A stretch of DNA of 64,000 bases from Epiperipatus broadwayi (Eukaryota > Animalia > Onychophora), in contig JAQFVV010000009.1 in NCBI GenBank assembly GCA_028023455.1, positions 13,268,001 to 13,332,000 on the forward strand, in the 5' to 3' direction. Positions 42,016 to 54,091 of the stretch are shown here, one piece after another (position 1 is the stretch's first letter; each line of letters opens with the position of its first letter). The notes beneath the pieces were generated by a model. That model worked only from the letters and a program-made list of their open reading frames with translations. It did not search any database and was not told the DNA's origin. Both the position numbers and the translations under genes were made by a program.

Positions 42016-42917
42016 TGATTAGTTTAATATTTAAATTTTTAAAAAAATACCCATAGCAACCTTGACTTATTATTCAAGTACAATTAATTAGTTGTAATAA
42101 ATAAAAAAACTATAAACTTTTAAACAATCTAATGTTTTCAGAACAATTTCAAAGCAGCAATTATTTCTGTAGGATATACATTACAAATCACGCTAGTCCC
42201 CTGAACCTGTATTTAAAGCTTTTTAAATATGTTCAAATGATTCATTACATGGAAAGTAAGACCATAACCACGGAAACTTGAGCCTAAAGGTATGCACGTC
42301 AAAACTGCCTTTAGAATTGCAATTATTGGTCAGCTCAAAGTTCCTTCCAACTATGAAATTTAGAAGTTACAAATTAAGGACAAATATGACTTTCACAATG
42401 AAAAATGATCTTTTGACTAAAAATAGAGATTAGATTTCGACTAGAATTTTTTCTTTTTTTTTTTAAAAAAAAAAAAGCTTTTTGCAGTTGTTTTCGTAAT
42501 TGACTTTTTATTTTTCAAATAATTACTCCAAGACTAGCATATGCTAATTAATTATTTTTTATAACAATACAGGTCTTGCTTTAATTACTCCACGTTCATT
42601 AATAATGTATTTTTAAAATAAACTTCTACTAACAGACTTTAAACTACAATTAAATGTAATGAAATATTAAAATGAAATTCTTTTACGGAAATGAAAGCTA
42701 CATTAACTTCTTAATTTATGTAAAGCATTACTTTATTTACAATTTGAAATGTTGGAATCTTTATTAAAACTTAATTATTAATATTCGTATAAAAATAATA
42801 TTGAAAGAAAAAATCAGCATATGGATTTAATAAAAATATATTTATATTATGTTCTACAATATTGAAAAATTATAGAATTTCCATTGCCATAATTATTATC
42901 CATTAAGTACCATCAAA

Positions 42918-43010
42918 CTTGTCAAGCGTTATTAGCTGAGAGGTCATCACAGCCGCCTTGGTTGCAGACGGTTGTGGGTTCGCCTCCCGGCCGATGCTAT
43001 GACATATGAA
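42918..43010 (+). mobile_element. 93-bp tRNA-derived retroposed insert without A tail
   Basis: A-box TAGCTGAGAGG, B-box GGGTTCGCCTCCC, D-stem GCTG/CAGC; TSD aagtaccatcaaa at 42905-42917 and 43011-43023; anticodon arm non-canonical. Confidence 0.75.
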
Positions 43011-45149
43011 AAGTACCATCAAATTAATACCAATCCCTGGCAAACATCTGAAGAGCATTCATACGATCTATTATATGCATGGTTTTTCATGCTATTCAAT
43101 GACAGATTCACTACTGTGATGGAGTTCATCCACCAGTCAGCTGGCCACCCTTTTCTTCTTTCACTAAAAAGGATAATCTCAATCAAGACTAATGTTTCAA
43201 AAAGATTTACTTTTAAACTTATCAAGTAATTATTTTTTCATTTTCTATGCAATCCATGATAGTTTCACACTCACTAGAACAGAGTGCAAGAACATAGATA
43301 CTTTTTCTATTATCCTTCGTGAGTGCCTATGTTCAAACTAACCATGACTTGAAAAATTCGGATATTTTTAGTAATTTGTCCCTTTATCTAAAATTTATTT
43401 CCAGATTTTTCACTATACATCACTATGTGTTACTTCATGATAAATTGTTTGACTATTGAATATCACTGTCATTAGTGATCACTCTAAAGAGACAAAAACT
43501 GTCAATTACTATCTCTATTAATAATTCCGAAGGCAGCTAGCTATTGTATCTGTTTTCAATAATCATACAATAAGTATAAAAAAAAAAATCAAAATTACTT
43601 AAATTATTGTTTTATAGAAATTATTTTCAAATTTGTATATATTTGATTGTAATGAAGTAATCCTATAATAGAAACTGCAATAATCCATAATATTCACTAT
43701 AAGTACATTAATATAATTTTTTTTCTTGAACATTATTAAATTATCCATTTGCATAAATGATAGTTTAATTCATCTATATCACTACTCTAATGTATTCTAT
43801 GAATGTATGAGTAATCAATAATAAAGTAATATCCAAACTATGATCGTCATTGGTGATTGGCACTGAATTGCAAAAGTCCATATATCAGCCTTCGCATTTA
43901 TGTATTTAAATTGATAAGAAGATATGTGAAATCTAATATTCCCTTTATAATGGATCAGACTGATAATAATAATATCTACTACACTGCTTATTCATTCATA
44001 TTGATCAACATTAATGAAAATCTTAAATGAAATCTAAAAAAGTCATGTGATATTTTGTTTTAATATATTCCACAGTTATTTATTATTTATAAACATTTAC
44101 AGATCAAATCTCATTCACACAACATTTCTAACACAGGGTACTGCTTTGTCAAAAAAAAAAAAAAAGACCCCCAAACCTGTTAAACAGATGTGGAAATAAC
44201 ATTAAGATATTTTACAAAAAATCCTTTAACATAAGTAATATTTGTAGCATCTTATATTTTCATACGTATTTTTTTAAATATGACATTATCCACAAAACCA
44301 TTAAAATTATCTGACATTTCTTACTAAATAAAAAAATCCATGACTGTTTTTCCCCCATTGGAGAAAGTGGAAGGTTTTTGAAAAATGCTCTAAATGAAAT
44401 GTGTCTAGATTCTTGTTTTACCAATTAATTATCAAAAAGATGTGAATTAATTAATTATACCTATTTTTATTTTCATTATTTTTCTACACAGTTATTCAAA
44501 GTGTACTCACCTACTAATATTTTACTACTTCGAAAATATGGAATTGTAAGAATGTCGGACTTTTTCAAATCAGGAAAATTATGAAATTTTGTAAAAAAAA
44601 AAAAACAATTGCTGTTTTAAAAGTACCATCCATTTATTTATTTATTTAAAATATTCTTCAGTTTTACAATAGGCAATTATTATTTTTAATTTAAATAAAA
44701 TTTTGGTGCTTTATTTAAAAAGAGATTTGTTTAAATACATATATACTAAAATGTTTTTCTATTAGTATGTGTATTTAAGTTGTCTGGCTGTTTGTACTTG
44801 CATAAAAAGTTTGATTTAGTATAAAACACTTTGTTCTATTCATATTTATTTGACTTGTATATTAAATTTTTAATGTTATTTGTCATATCAAATATTTTTG
44901 GAACAATTCAAAATATACCTAAAACATGAATTATTTAAATTTTAATTGCTTCAATATATTTAAAATATAATTCATATTGGTCAAAATATATTATTAGTTC
45001 TTAGAAGCTAATTTATAAAAATTTAATTAGTTTAAAAATAAATTAGGAAATACATTTTGGTAAAACCAAGAAGGCATTCAATAAATTTGTTTGCCTCCAC
45101 AGAAAAGTGATTAATTGAGTGTTTTTTAAAGGTCATTTTGTAATATTAA

Positions 45150-47400
45150 TCAATAACCATCACTTTCAATCATTATAGATCTACTATAGGATGAAGATAC
45201 TTTCCAAGTTCAAGTTTCTACATTCTTTACATTTTTTCTCTACATCAAATCAATATGCATCATTATTTCATTGATCTCACATGTAGTCTCTTTCTAAGTC
45301 TTTTATAATACTTTGGGAACCACTTTAAGATTCATCTGTCCATTTATAATCACATCTTCCAACAATACGTTCAGCCCATTTTGTTTCAGTCTTATAATTC
45401 TTTCAGTGATGTCAATAATTCTTATTTGTTCTCTCACCCAAGTATTTTCTTTTTGACTTTTTTTTGTTACTCTTAACATATATATCTCCATACTTCATTG
45501 AGTGGTCTTAAATCTCTGAATTAGTCTTCTATTAAATTTCCACTTCTTAAATTCATAAGGAAAAACTAGTAAAACACATATTTTAAATATCTTCCTTATT
45601 AAATATATAAAGCATATTTACTTTTAATAAATAAATACAGAATTGTTTTTAAAGAAAAGTATTTTAGTATAATTTATATCTAATAGTTGGACACATTTGA
45701 TATTTATTCATGTTCAAAATAATCAATTTTTCTGTGTATTTCTTAGAGCTGCCTATTTTTCTGGTTAAAGTTCCCAAATGCTCTCTATTCAGGTTTAATT
45801 TTTTGATTAATTTTAACCATTATGTTTCCTTCTATATTAATAATCTGACAAAATTATTTTTTTCTAATTAGTGATTAACAATCTTTATTTTCTTCTGTAA
45901 AAATGCATTAAACATTACTTTAGTTTTTTTAATATTTAATTTTAATCCTACTTTCTCATTATCATATAACTCCTGCAACATTTTTTGATGATCTGAAGCA
46001 TTTAAACATAATGACATGGCATCAAGAGTAAAATGTAAATGACTTAAATAATCTCCATGTATTTCTATTCTTTCAACTTCCCATTTTAATCGACAAAGTA
46101 CTTCTTGTAAAATTGCTATAAAAAGTTTTGAAGATATGGAATCACCTTCTCATATATCTATAATAATGCATTTGCATTTTGATAATCTTCAGAATATGAC
46201 AATATCCTGGGGTTGTATTTTGATGATTCAATACTTTAATCACTATGAAAATGCTCACTAAATCAAATGCCTTTTTATAATCTAAAAATCCAAAGCATAA
46301 CATTCATTGTTTTTTTTTTTCTATAATTTCTTATAGTACTTGAATGTGATCTATCATGTTAAAATTATTTTTAAGTCCAATTTGATTTTTGCTGTTTTGA
46401 TTTCAAAATTCACTGAGTTGTAAATATCTTGATAAAGATTTTGTATAAAACTGATAGAAAAAGATAGGTCTGCAATTTCTAATATACTTGTTTAACATCC
46501 TTCTTAAATATCAATATTATTACTGTTTCTTCTAATCATCTAGCACATATTTATCATTCAAACATTTATTATATAATTTTGCCAACTATTATTATAATTC
46601 TTCATTAGCTTCTTTTAAGATATCAATAATAATTCTACCATTTCCTGAAGCTTCCTCTTTCTTCATTTATTTAATTACATATAATAAATACATCTTCAAT
46701 CAAAATGTTTGGCATCTCAGAAAATATAATACTTGTAGTAATCATTATATTTTCTTGTTTCTTATTGCTATATAATTCCTTGTATTATATCACCCATTTC
46801 ATGATGTCATTCTTTTTTCAATAATAGTTTCAACTTGCTTATTGCTGAAACAATTTTTTCTAATATCAAAATGTTTATACTTTTGAAACTTATTTTCTTG
46901 TATAGCTTTCTTGTCAATTCAAAGTTATATTTTCTATCATTATTAACTTTTCTTGTACAACTTCAAAGAACTTTTGGATATTCAATTTTCTTTAATTGAT
47001 CATTTTTAAATACTTCATATTCCTTCTTTTCTTCAAATATTCTCATCTCGGTTGAAAATTTGATGGTAAATTGCTATCTTTTTATACCAACTATATTTGT
47101 TTCAGTTCTTTTAAAATGATTAGTAAGTTCTAATTTAAATTTACTGGAATGGTTCTGAAAGGTTAGGAATATCAACTGTTAATATTATCTTCCTTTCTTA
47201 GATTTCATTTCCCTAATTTTGCATTAACATGTATCTTCATCTCACTAAACATTTCCTGTATTGGATCTATTAAGAATATCACATGGTTATTATTCATCAG
47301 CATCATTGTCAAATATTATCAGTCCATTGGAGAGTCTCTCCAAGTTTAATTCACTATCTCTGATATTATTATAGAATAAGAATTGGAAAAAAATGACTGC
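45150..47400 (-). mobile_element. decayed RTE-clade LINE, same family as 51441-52661
   Basis: nucleotide similarity to the young copy along the RT (cctgcaacat, cttaaataatctcca, aaaagttttgaagatatgga, aatcaaatgccttttt); TWRDSP motif near the 5' end; 3' end cttcatcctatagtagatc. Confidence 0.85.
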
Positions 47401-48329
47401 AATAATTAATAAATTAAGAAATACATTTACTAAATTTAACATCACATTTAAAAGATCAATCCCCTCCCCCTCTTAACTTATCATAATAAACATAGTTTGA
47501 ATTTAAAATTGAAGCAACAATTGTAAAGGAATATGAATGTTGGGAAAAGGAAAATAAAAATTAAATACAGTAAATAGATTTGAGTCCAAACTGGACTTTG
47601 TAATGTTATTAGAAAAAATAAAAATGAAGATTATACAGTAAATGGAAATGACTGAACAAAGAGTTAAAAAAAATAGACAAACAGTATAATTGGGCAAATT
47701 ATTATAAAATTTAAGATGAGGTATAAATGCAAAAGTTTTTTTTTTTTAAAAAAAAAAAGATGGTGGGGGAGGAGAAATATAATATATTTTTATAAAAGAA
47801 CAGATTGGAAATATCATTATCATGAAATTAGCAATTCAATCTTATTAAATAATAATATACATATACATTTGTCATAATGATCTAGAGTTTGAATCCAAGT
47901 TAAATAAATCTTGAAAAAAACTTTATACTTCAAACAGGCTTAAGATTTTGCTTTCAGATAATTGATTCACAGACCATTCAAGTAGACATTCAATATCAGT
48001 CAACAATACCTAACTATTTTCAATTAGAGATAAAACAAGAGGATGGAATCTGTCAAAATCCTCTGATAATCAGAAAGCTTGGTGAATAAGGCTTTGCTAT
48101 TATTTTAAATTATTTATTAGTTTACTGTTTGTATATAAGAGTTGTTTAAGATGTCTTTATTCTGCAATAGATTGTTCAATGATTATTTTATCTTCATCTA
48201 TTTTTATGCAAACTATGAATATATATAATTAAAATGGAAATGATTAATATGAATAGACAACCATACCATTACGCTGAGTATTTCACAATTTATGGGCAGT
48301 AAATATGTTTAGATAATCTTTAAAGTTAT

Positions 48330-49532
48330 AGTTATATTATGTTATTAAGTGGTGCGTGCATATAGGCCACTTCGTTTATATATATTCGTGCTTCTTTCTC
48401 ACATGGAGGTATTCGCTAAGTCAAGCCCCATCGTCGTTCTCAGTGTCTTAGAAACCAGGCTGTAAAACCATCCTGTGGACACACTTGGTTGTATGTGCAT
48501 GCTTTATACGGGAATCGCTCTGGAAAATCAAGCACGATAAAGACATAGTTGACCGCTCTTCGTCTCAACACCGATCCTGCCTATGTTTGCAGAGAAAATC
48601 AGTAAATTTCATTAATCAAATTCATGAAGCACACTCCAGGATCTATAATTGGACCACTTCAATCTGCCGCCATGCACGCACCACTGTTCAGTGTATTATT
48701 AGTCACCCAGAAATAGCCATAAGTTGTAATGCGATGATTTCTTTACACAGACATATTTCCATTAGTTCACTATGCGTATCAATGCGATAAATTTAGTATC
48801 ATTTATATAATTATTCATTATCCGTCCTGCACATTAATTGTTTACAACTCAAATTAATAATAATATTGAATAAAACAATGTAATATTTGCTTGTAAAATT
48901 ATTTCCTTTTTAAATCAAGTAAATGCTCTTTTCGTTTCTCTGGGGGTGTAATAGTATTTTAGTAATGCATTCCCATAGCTCTAATTCCTTAAGGCACACA
49001 CATATTATTGGCATAGACGCAAATATCAAGTTATTGTAAAATATGAATTAAATATATATACAATACTTATGAGGCTAATGTCGGATAAATAACCCAACAT
49101 AATTTTTGTTATTAATCTAATAAATCTTAAACTGTATACATCAACTTGAATCATTGCTTTCTTTTATTTAATTTAATATCCATTTATTATTTATGCTCCA
49201 AATGACTAGATGATCTCTGCTAAAAATATAATTAATATGCTAGGTCACGAGTCTTCATTGCTCATAAAATATAGTTCGTTTTTAAGTTAGTCTAACATTA
49301 AATTTAGCCTAGAGTCTTTTTGTGTCTCCGATGAGCGATGCCGGCAGTGAGAAGTAAATTAAATTGATGTCATCGGGATTGTTGTTCATAATGTTATAGA
49401 TCTGGGAAATAGGCAAATAGGGCAGAGTTCATGAGTGTTCCTGACCTGTGTATCTTGCGCACGATTGGATTCGAGGTACTTTTGCCTAGATGCTAGATCT
49501 TGTTACGTGAACATACAAATCCGACCGACACA
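48330..49532 (-). mobile_element. repeat family B, second diverged copy, with possible integrase-like relic
   Basis: 49310-49532 aligns with 31380-31591; minus-strand QPSVSTGWFYSLVSKTLRTTMGLD loosely resembles HSSTGxSPxxLxxGRxLRT. Confidence 0.35.
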
Positions 49533-49622
49533 GTATTGAATGTCTTTAAAAAAATTTAACTATTTAAATATTCCAAATATATTCAACTGTTAGTAATAGC
49601 ACTTCAAACAAGTTAGTATATG

Positions 49623-49668
49623 CACAGCATTTCAAGAGGTATTAGTCTCTCCTCTTCTTCAGGTGTTG
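49623..49668 (-). ncRNA. minimal type-I hammerhead ribozyme-like motif (probably inactivated)
   Basis: CAACAC-CTGAAGA-AGAGG-agagactaata-CCTCT-TGAAA-TGCT-GTG; CUGANGA and GAAA intact, stem I CAC/GTG, U16.1 position reads C. Confidence 0.6.
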
Positions 49669-49687
49669 CTGGCCTGACCAGTGACAG

Positions 49688-49769
49688 TACTAGCATGAGA
49701 TTTGAACCTGGGTCCTTAGATTGAGTTTTGAATTTTAAGATAATGTTCTAACCAACTGAGCATCCTGCC
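49688..49769 (-). promoter_or_regulatory. tRNA-like segment with Pol III A and B boxes inside the PLE 3' UTR
   Basis: A box TGCTCAGTTGG (49752-49762), B box GGTTCAAATC (49699-49708), expanded anticodon-arm region. Confidence 0.7.
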
Positions 49770-49818
49770 AAAGGCAACAGTCTATAGTAATTTCATATAC
49801 TAATCTATGAAGTTCCGC

Positions 49819-49976
49819 CTAATTTCTCCACTTTTTCCTAAGATCAAAGTTGATTAGTGGTTTCCATATATTATGTATAATCACACTAGATTGGCTTATG
49901 GAATTTTTTGCCATTGTCATGTGAGCAGCTTCTTTAAATTTTCTTTTTTGTACCTTTTCTTCTCTATCCAATATTT
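49819..49976 (-). pseudogene. PLE GIY-YIG endonuclease C-terminal fragment
   Basis: ILDREEKVQKRKFKEAAHMTMAKNSISQSSVIIHNIWKPLINFDLRKKWRN*, typical PLE C-terminal pattern (ILDxExxxxKRKIKEAxHI...N.I...WxPLI). Confidence 0.8.
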
Positions 49977-50190
49977 GGTAGCAGAACATGTATGTGCCAA
50001 TGAACATATGTTCAATTGGAAAAATACAAAAATATTGGATAGAGAAGAAAAAGTACAAAGAAAAAAATTTAAAGAAACTGCTCACATGACAATGGCAAAA
50101 AAATCCCATAAACCAACCTAGTATGACTATACATAATGTATGGAAATCATTAATCAACTTCACTCTTAGGAAACAATGGAGAAATCAGGA
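49977..50190 (+). pseudogene. PLE GIY-YIG endonuclease C-terminal fragment (frameshifted)
   Basis: VAEHVCANEHMFNWKNTKILDREEKVQRKKFKETAHMTMAKK, cf. LAEHxxxxxHxFDWxNTKILD. Confidence 0.8.
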
Positions 50191-50235
50191 GGAACCTCAT
50201 AGATAAGTATATGAAATTATTAGATTGTGGCCTTT

Positions 50236-50290
50236 GGCAGGATGGCTCAGTTGCCTTAGAGAGGATCCAGGTTTGAATCCCATGCTAGTA
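50236..50290 (+). promoter_or_regulatory. tRNA-like segment with Pol III A and B boxes (internally deleted copy)
   Basis: A box TGGCTCAGTTG (50243-50253), B box GGTTTGAATCC (50270-50280). Confidence 0.7.
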
Positions 50291-50309
50291 CTGTCACTGA
50301 TCAAGCCAG

Positions 50310-50353
50310 CAACATCTGAAGAAGAGGAGACTAATACCTCTCAAAATATTGTA
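50310..50353 (+). ncRNA. minimal hammerhead ribozyme-like motif (G12 position mutated)
   Basis: CAACAT-CTGAAGA-AGAGG-agactaata-CCTCT-CAAAA-TATT-GTA; differs from a CGAAACGTT core at the CG positions. Confidence 0.55.
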
Positions 50354-51440
50354 CATATACTAACCTGTTGGATGTGCTATTACTAACAGTTGAATGTATT
50401 TGGAATACTTAAATAAAGTTAAATTTTTCTAGACATTCAATACATATATTAGATGATGGAAATAGTCTAATATAAAAATACAACTAGAACACCATCATCA
50501 CAAACCTTCAGGAAAACATTCAGATCTTATTTTGTATAATTGTTTTTTAACAAAAGTGAATTCTAATTAGGTTATATGTTTTAGTTAGCATGTTTACAAT
50601 TAGATTAAAAATTAATACATGTTCATTATTGTTTGAATTTTATAACTGATAATATTTATCGAAAAATATACTCCATACTGCTTCTTTATATAGAGATTAA
50701 TTTAAAATCTGTTCAAATCATGAATATAAATCATTTTGATAAATAAAGTTGATTTTTCCACCTTGCACTTACACATCAAATCTATGATTTCATCTTTAGT
50801 TAATATTTTTTTTAATCATAAAAAATATTTTCATAATCATAAAAAATATTTTCGGTAAGAAAAAAAAATGTTTTCAAAACAAATAAATTGCAGCGATATT
50901 AAAATTCATGAAGCCATTAAAAAAAAAAAAACCTTCCATTCATAGGGAGTGCCTTAAAACTTTCAAGCAATGAAGTTTTATTGCTTTTTGGAATATGTAA
51001 ATTAAATAAAATATGCAAATTATACTAAAATATGCAAATAAATGATTTTTTTTTTCTTATCAAAGTATAGAAAAAAGAATTTTATATAATTCATATGCAC
51101 ATGTGTGCACATATATATATAAAGTGAGGTAAAAAATTTTGCTTTCTATCTAAAGGAAGAACCATTACTGTAACTGTTGCTGATAACTATTTTTTATTAG
51201 CTTCTTAACACAATTTATTTATGCAAATTATATTTAGAGCTGTAGCATAAAATTAAGACTACAATGCAAAAAATAATATTTTTTTTTATTACTGAACTAT
51301 GATAAATTTTGCCATGGTGCCTTTAGAATCACAAATTTATTTCCCAGGGGTCAATAGATTATAGAGAATTTTAAAATCCACTTACAATTCTGCATCAAGA
51401 AAATAATATTCTATTATTCAATAAAATAATATTCTATTAT

Positions 51441-52661
51441 CATTATCAACCATTATCAATCCACTGCAGGATGAAGGTCTCTCCAAGTTTAATCCATCTT
51501 CTCCGATCTTCAGCTTCTCTTCTCCACATCACCCCTGCACACTTTCTTATTTCATCCATCCATCTCACATGTGGTCTCTTTCTGGGTCTTTTACAATCTC
51601 TTGGAATCCAGTTTAAAATTTCAATTGTCCATCTATTATCATTTCTTCTAGCAATATGTCCAGCCCAACTCCACTTCAATCTTTTAATTTTTTCAATGAG
51701 GTCAGTAACACCTGTTTGTTCTCTTACTCATACATTGCATTTTCAATCTCTTCTTGTTACTCCCAACATACATCTCTCCATACTTCTTTGAGTGGTCTGA
51801 AGTCTCTGTATTGCTCTTGTATTAAGTGTCCAAGTCTCAGATCCATAAGTAAGAACTGGTAAAACACATTTGTTAAAAACCTTCCTTTTCAAACACATAG
51901 GCATATTTCCTTTTAGTATCAAGTTATTTCTACCAAAAGCACTCCAACCAAGTTTAATTCTATGATTAATTTCTTCCATTATGTTTCCATCTGTATTAAT
52001 AATCTGACCAAGGTATTTGTAACTGTTAACTTCTTCTAATTCATCATAATCAATCTTTATTTTCATATTTTGAGCAAATCGATTAAACATTACTTTAGTC
52101 TTTTTAACATTTATCTTTAGTCCTACTTTCCTACTTTCATCTGATAATTCCTGCAACATATCCTGCAGCTCTGAAGAATTATTTGCAAAAACAACTACAT
52201 CATCTGCGAAATCTAAATGACTTAAATAATCTCCATTTACTTTCACTCCTTTAGTTTCCCATTTTAATCCACAAAATACTTCTTGCAGCACTGCTGTAAA
52301 AAGTTTTGGAGATATGGAGTCACCTTGTCTTACACCTTTCTCAATGTTGACTTTCCCAGTATTATTATGTAATCTAATTGTTGCTATTGCATTTTTATAA
52401 ATATTCTTCAAAATATGACAATATCCTGGATCTATACCTTGATGATCCAATGCTTTAATCACTGAAGAAATGTTTATAGAATCAAATGCCTTTTCATAAT
52501 CTACAAATCCAAAACATAATGACAACTCATATTCATTTGTCCTTTCTATAACTTCTCTCAACACCTGGATATGATCTACTGTACTAAAACCACTTTTAAA
52601 TCCAGCTTGTTCTCTTGGTTGGTGGAAATCCAATGTTCTCTGTAGACGAGTTGTAATTATC
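51441..52661 (-). mobile_element. young 5'-truncated RTE-clade LINE
   Basis: RT and C-terminal region in one frame; short GATAATG-repeat tail; TSD atattctattat at 51429-51440 and 52662-52673. Confidence 0.95.
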
Positions 52662-52663
52662 AT
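51446..52663 (-). pseudogene. RTE reverse transcriptase, partial, two in-frame stops
   Basis: QAGFKSGFST, FVDYEKAFDS, GVRQGDSISPKLF, LDFADD, YKYLG, KWSWAGHIAR; TGA stops near 51743 and 51728. Confidence 0.95.
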
Positions 52664-52713
52664 ATTCTATTATAATATTAAGTAAATTTCGAACTTTATT
52701 ACATTTAATCTTT

Positions 52714-52980
52714 AATATTTTAAACAGCATTAAACTGTTGCACATGCGCTTTGGATTTTAACTATAAAATGAATGAATACAAACACTTCAAACACATGAT
52801 AAAGACTTTGGAAAAGATAGAAGGGCCCTTCTATCTTTTCCAAAGTCTTTATCATGTGCTTGAAGTGTTTGTATTCATTCATTTTATAGCTAAAATCCAA
52901 AGCGCATGTGCAACAGTTTAATGCTGTTAAAATATTACAGTTTGTAAAAAACATTGCGCTATATAAAATAATTGACTTAT
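52714..52980. mobile_element. fold-back insertion: ~225-bp near-perfect palindrome with no spacer, plus one-sided tail
   Basis: arms 52713-52825 and 52826-52937 centred on GGG|CCC, 2 substitutions and 1 indel; TSD ttacatttaatcttt at 52699-52713 and 52981-52995; tail attgcgctatataaaataa. Confidence 0.85.
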
Positions 52981-54091
52981 TTACATTTAATCTTTTAAAA
53001 TGATAATCTTCATAAAGTGTACTTGCATGCATAGTTTTTTTAAAAATATTATTTAGTTTGGATTCATTATATTTCTTTTAAAATATATTCTGTAATAATT
53101 GGATTTTCATTATAGAATTTATTATTGGATACTGAAATGATATATACTGGAGTATTTTAAACTTGTTTAATTAATTTGTTGTGGTGTTAGTTTAGATATA
53201 AGCATTTATTTTGTTGCTCATTTTTCTATATGAAATATTTCTAATTTTTTCCCCTTGAAATCATTATAAGATCCTGTGATACTTAGTGCAGTAACAAAGA
53301 GGCAGATTTAACAACTTAATAATTACAGATTACAGCTTAATCTAATTTCCCAAGCAATAAACGATTTGATTATTTATTTACTGTTTATTCATCAAATATA
53401 ACCTCTTTAAAATAGATTACAATAATATATTACATTTGCATCTTAATTCTATGCGCCATATATTTTAAGTCAAATGCAAAATGTATACATAAATATATTA
53501 ACTCTATCACTGTATGTAATTCAGATCCTAAAAATTAAATTATTTATGCATGCTTTCTTCATTGAAATTCTTGCTTTTGCGTATATATATAAAACTATTT
53601 GATGTAAACAAGCATGATATAAATAATTACTTTGAGTGCTCAGTAAAATATAGTATTATGAAAAACTAAAGCATATTGATATATGCTGTCTATATGAGTG
53701 ATACAAAAATGGATGAATTTAAATAGTTCACTTCAGTGCAAAAGTCTCTCCAAAATCCCCTCTACTAACAGAAAAACAAGGGGGAAAGCAGCAGACTTGT
53801 TATTTACTGGATAAATATGATTTAAGCAGTCATCTACCATTGTTTTACTATCAATCTAAAGGTAGATGTAATCTAATTTATTAGGAACTATCATATAAGC
53901 ACAGACATTGTAAACATTTTGTAAAAGGTTTTACACTATAAAATTAATTACCTTTGATTATACTAAATTAACTTTATTTATGAATTTTGATACAACATAT
54001 TTGTTAACAAAAAAAAATACCTGCTACTTTTTTTAAAATAGTTTTAAAGTTGTAATTATAAATTTTATTAAACGCACATTATTATATTAAG

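Larger units (their letters stand above)
49533..50526. mobile_element. Penelope-like element 3' ends in inverted (head-to-head) arrangement
   Basis: arms 49533-49976 and 50030-50443 are inverted copies with a 53-bp spacer; plus copy extends to ~50526; both carry the GIY-YIG C-terminus. Confidence 0.85.

Noticed and set aside
42925-42998. functional tRNA gene
   Set aside because: Acceptor and T stems have mismatches, no U33 or canonical anticodon loop, and a TSD indicates retroposition.
48485-48790. 101-aa + strand ORF
   Set aside because: Lies in a GC-richer repeat relic whose weak coding signal is on the opposite strand.
49819-50163. 114-aa and 82-aa ORFs as genes
   Set aside because: They are read-throughs across the palindrome centre; only the C-terminal halves are real GIY-YIG fragments.
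50815-50853. short tandem duplication taatcataaaaaatattttc x2
   Set aside because: Ordinary slippage in AT-rich DNA.
51471-51862. + strand ORFs of 106 and 68 aa
   Set aside because: Antisense shadow of the RTE reading frame.
52730-53032. 100-aa ORF
   Set aside because: Runs through a non-coding palindrome; no recognisable protein features.
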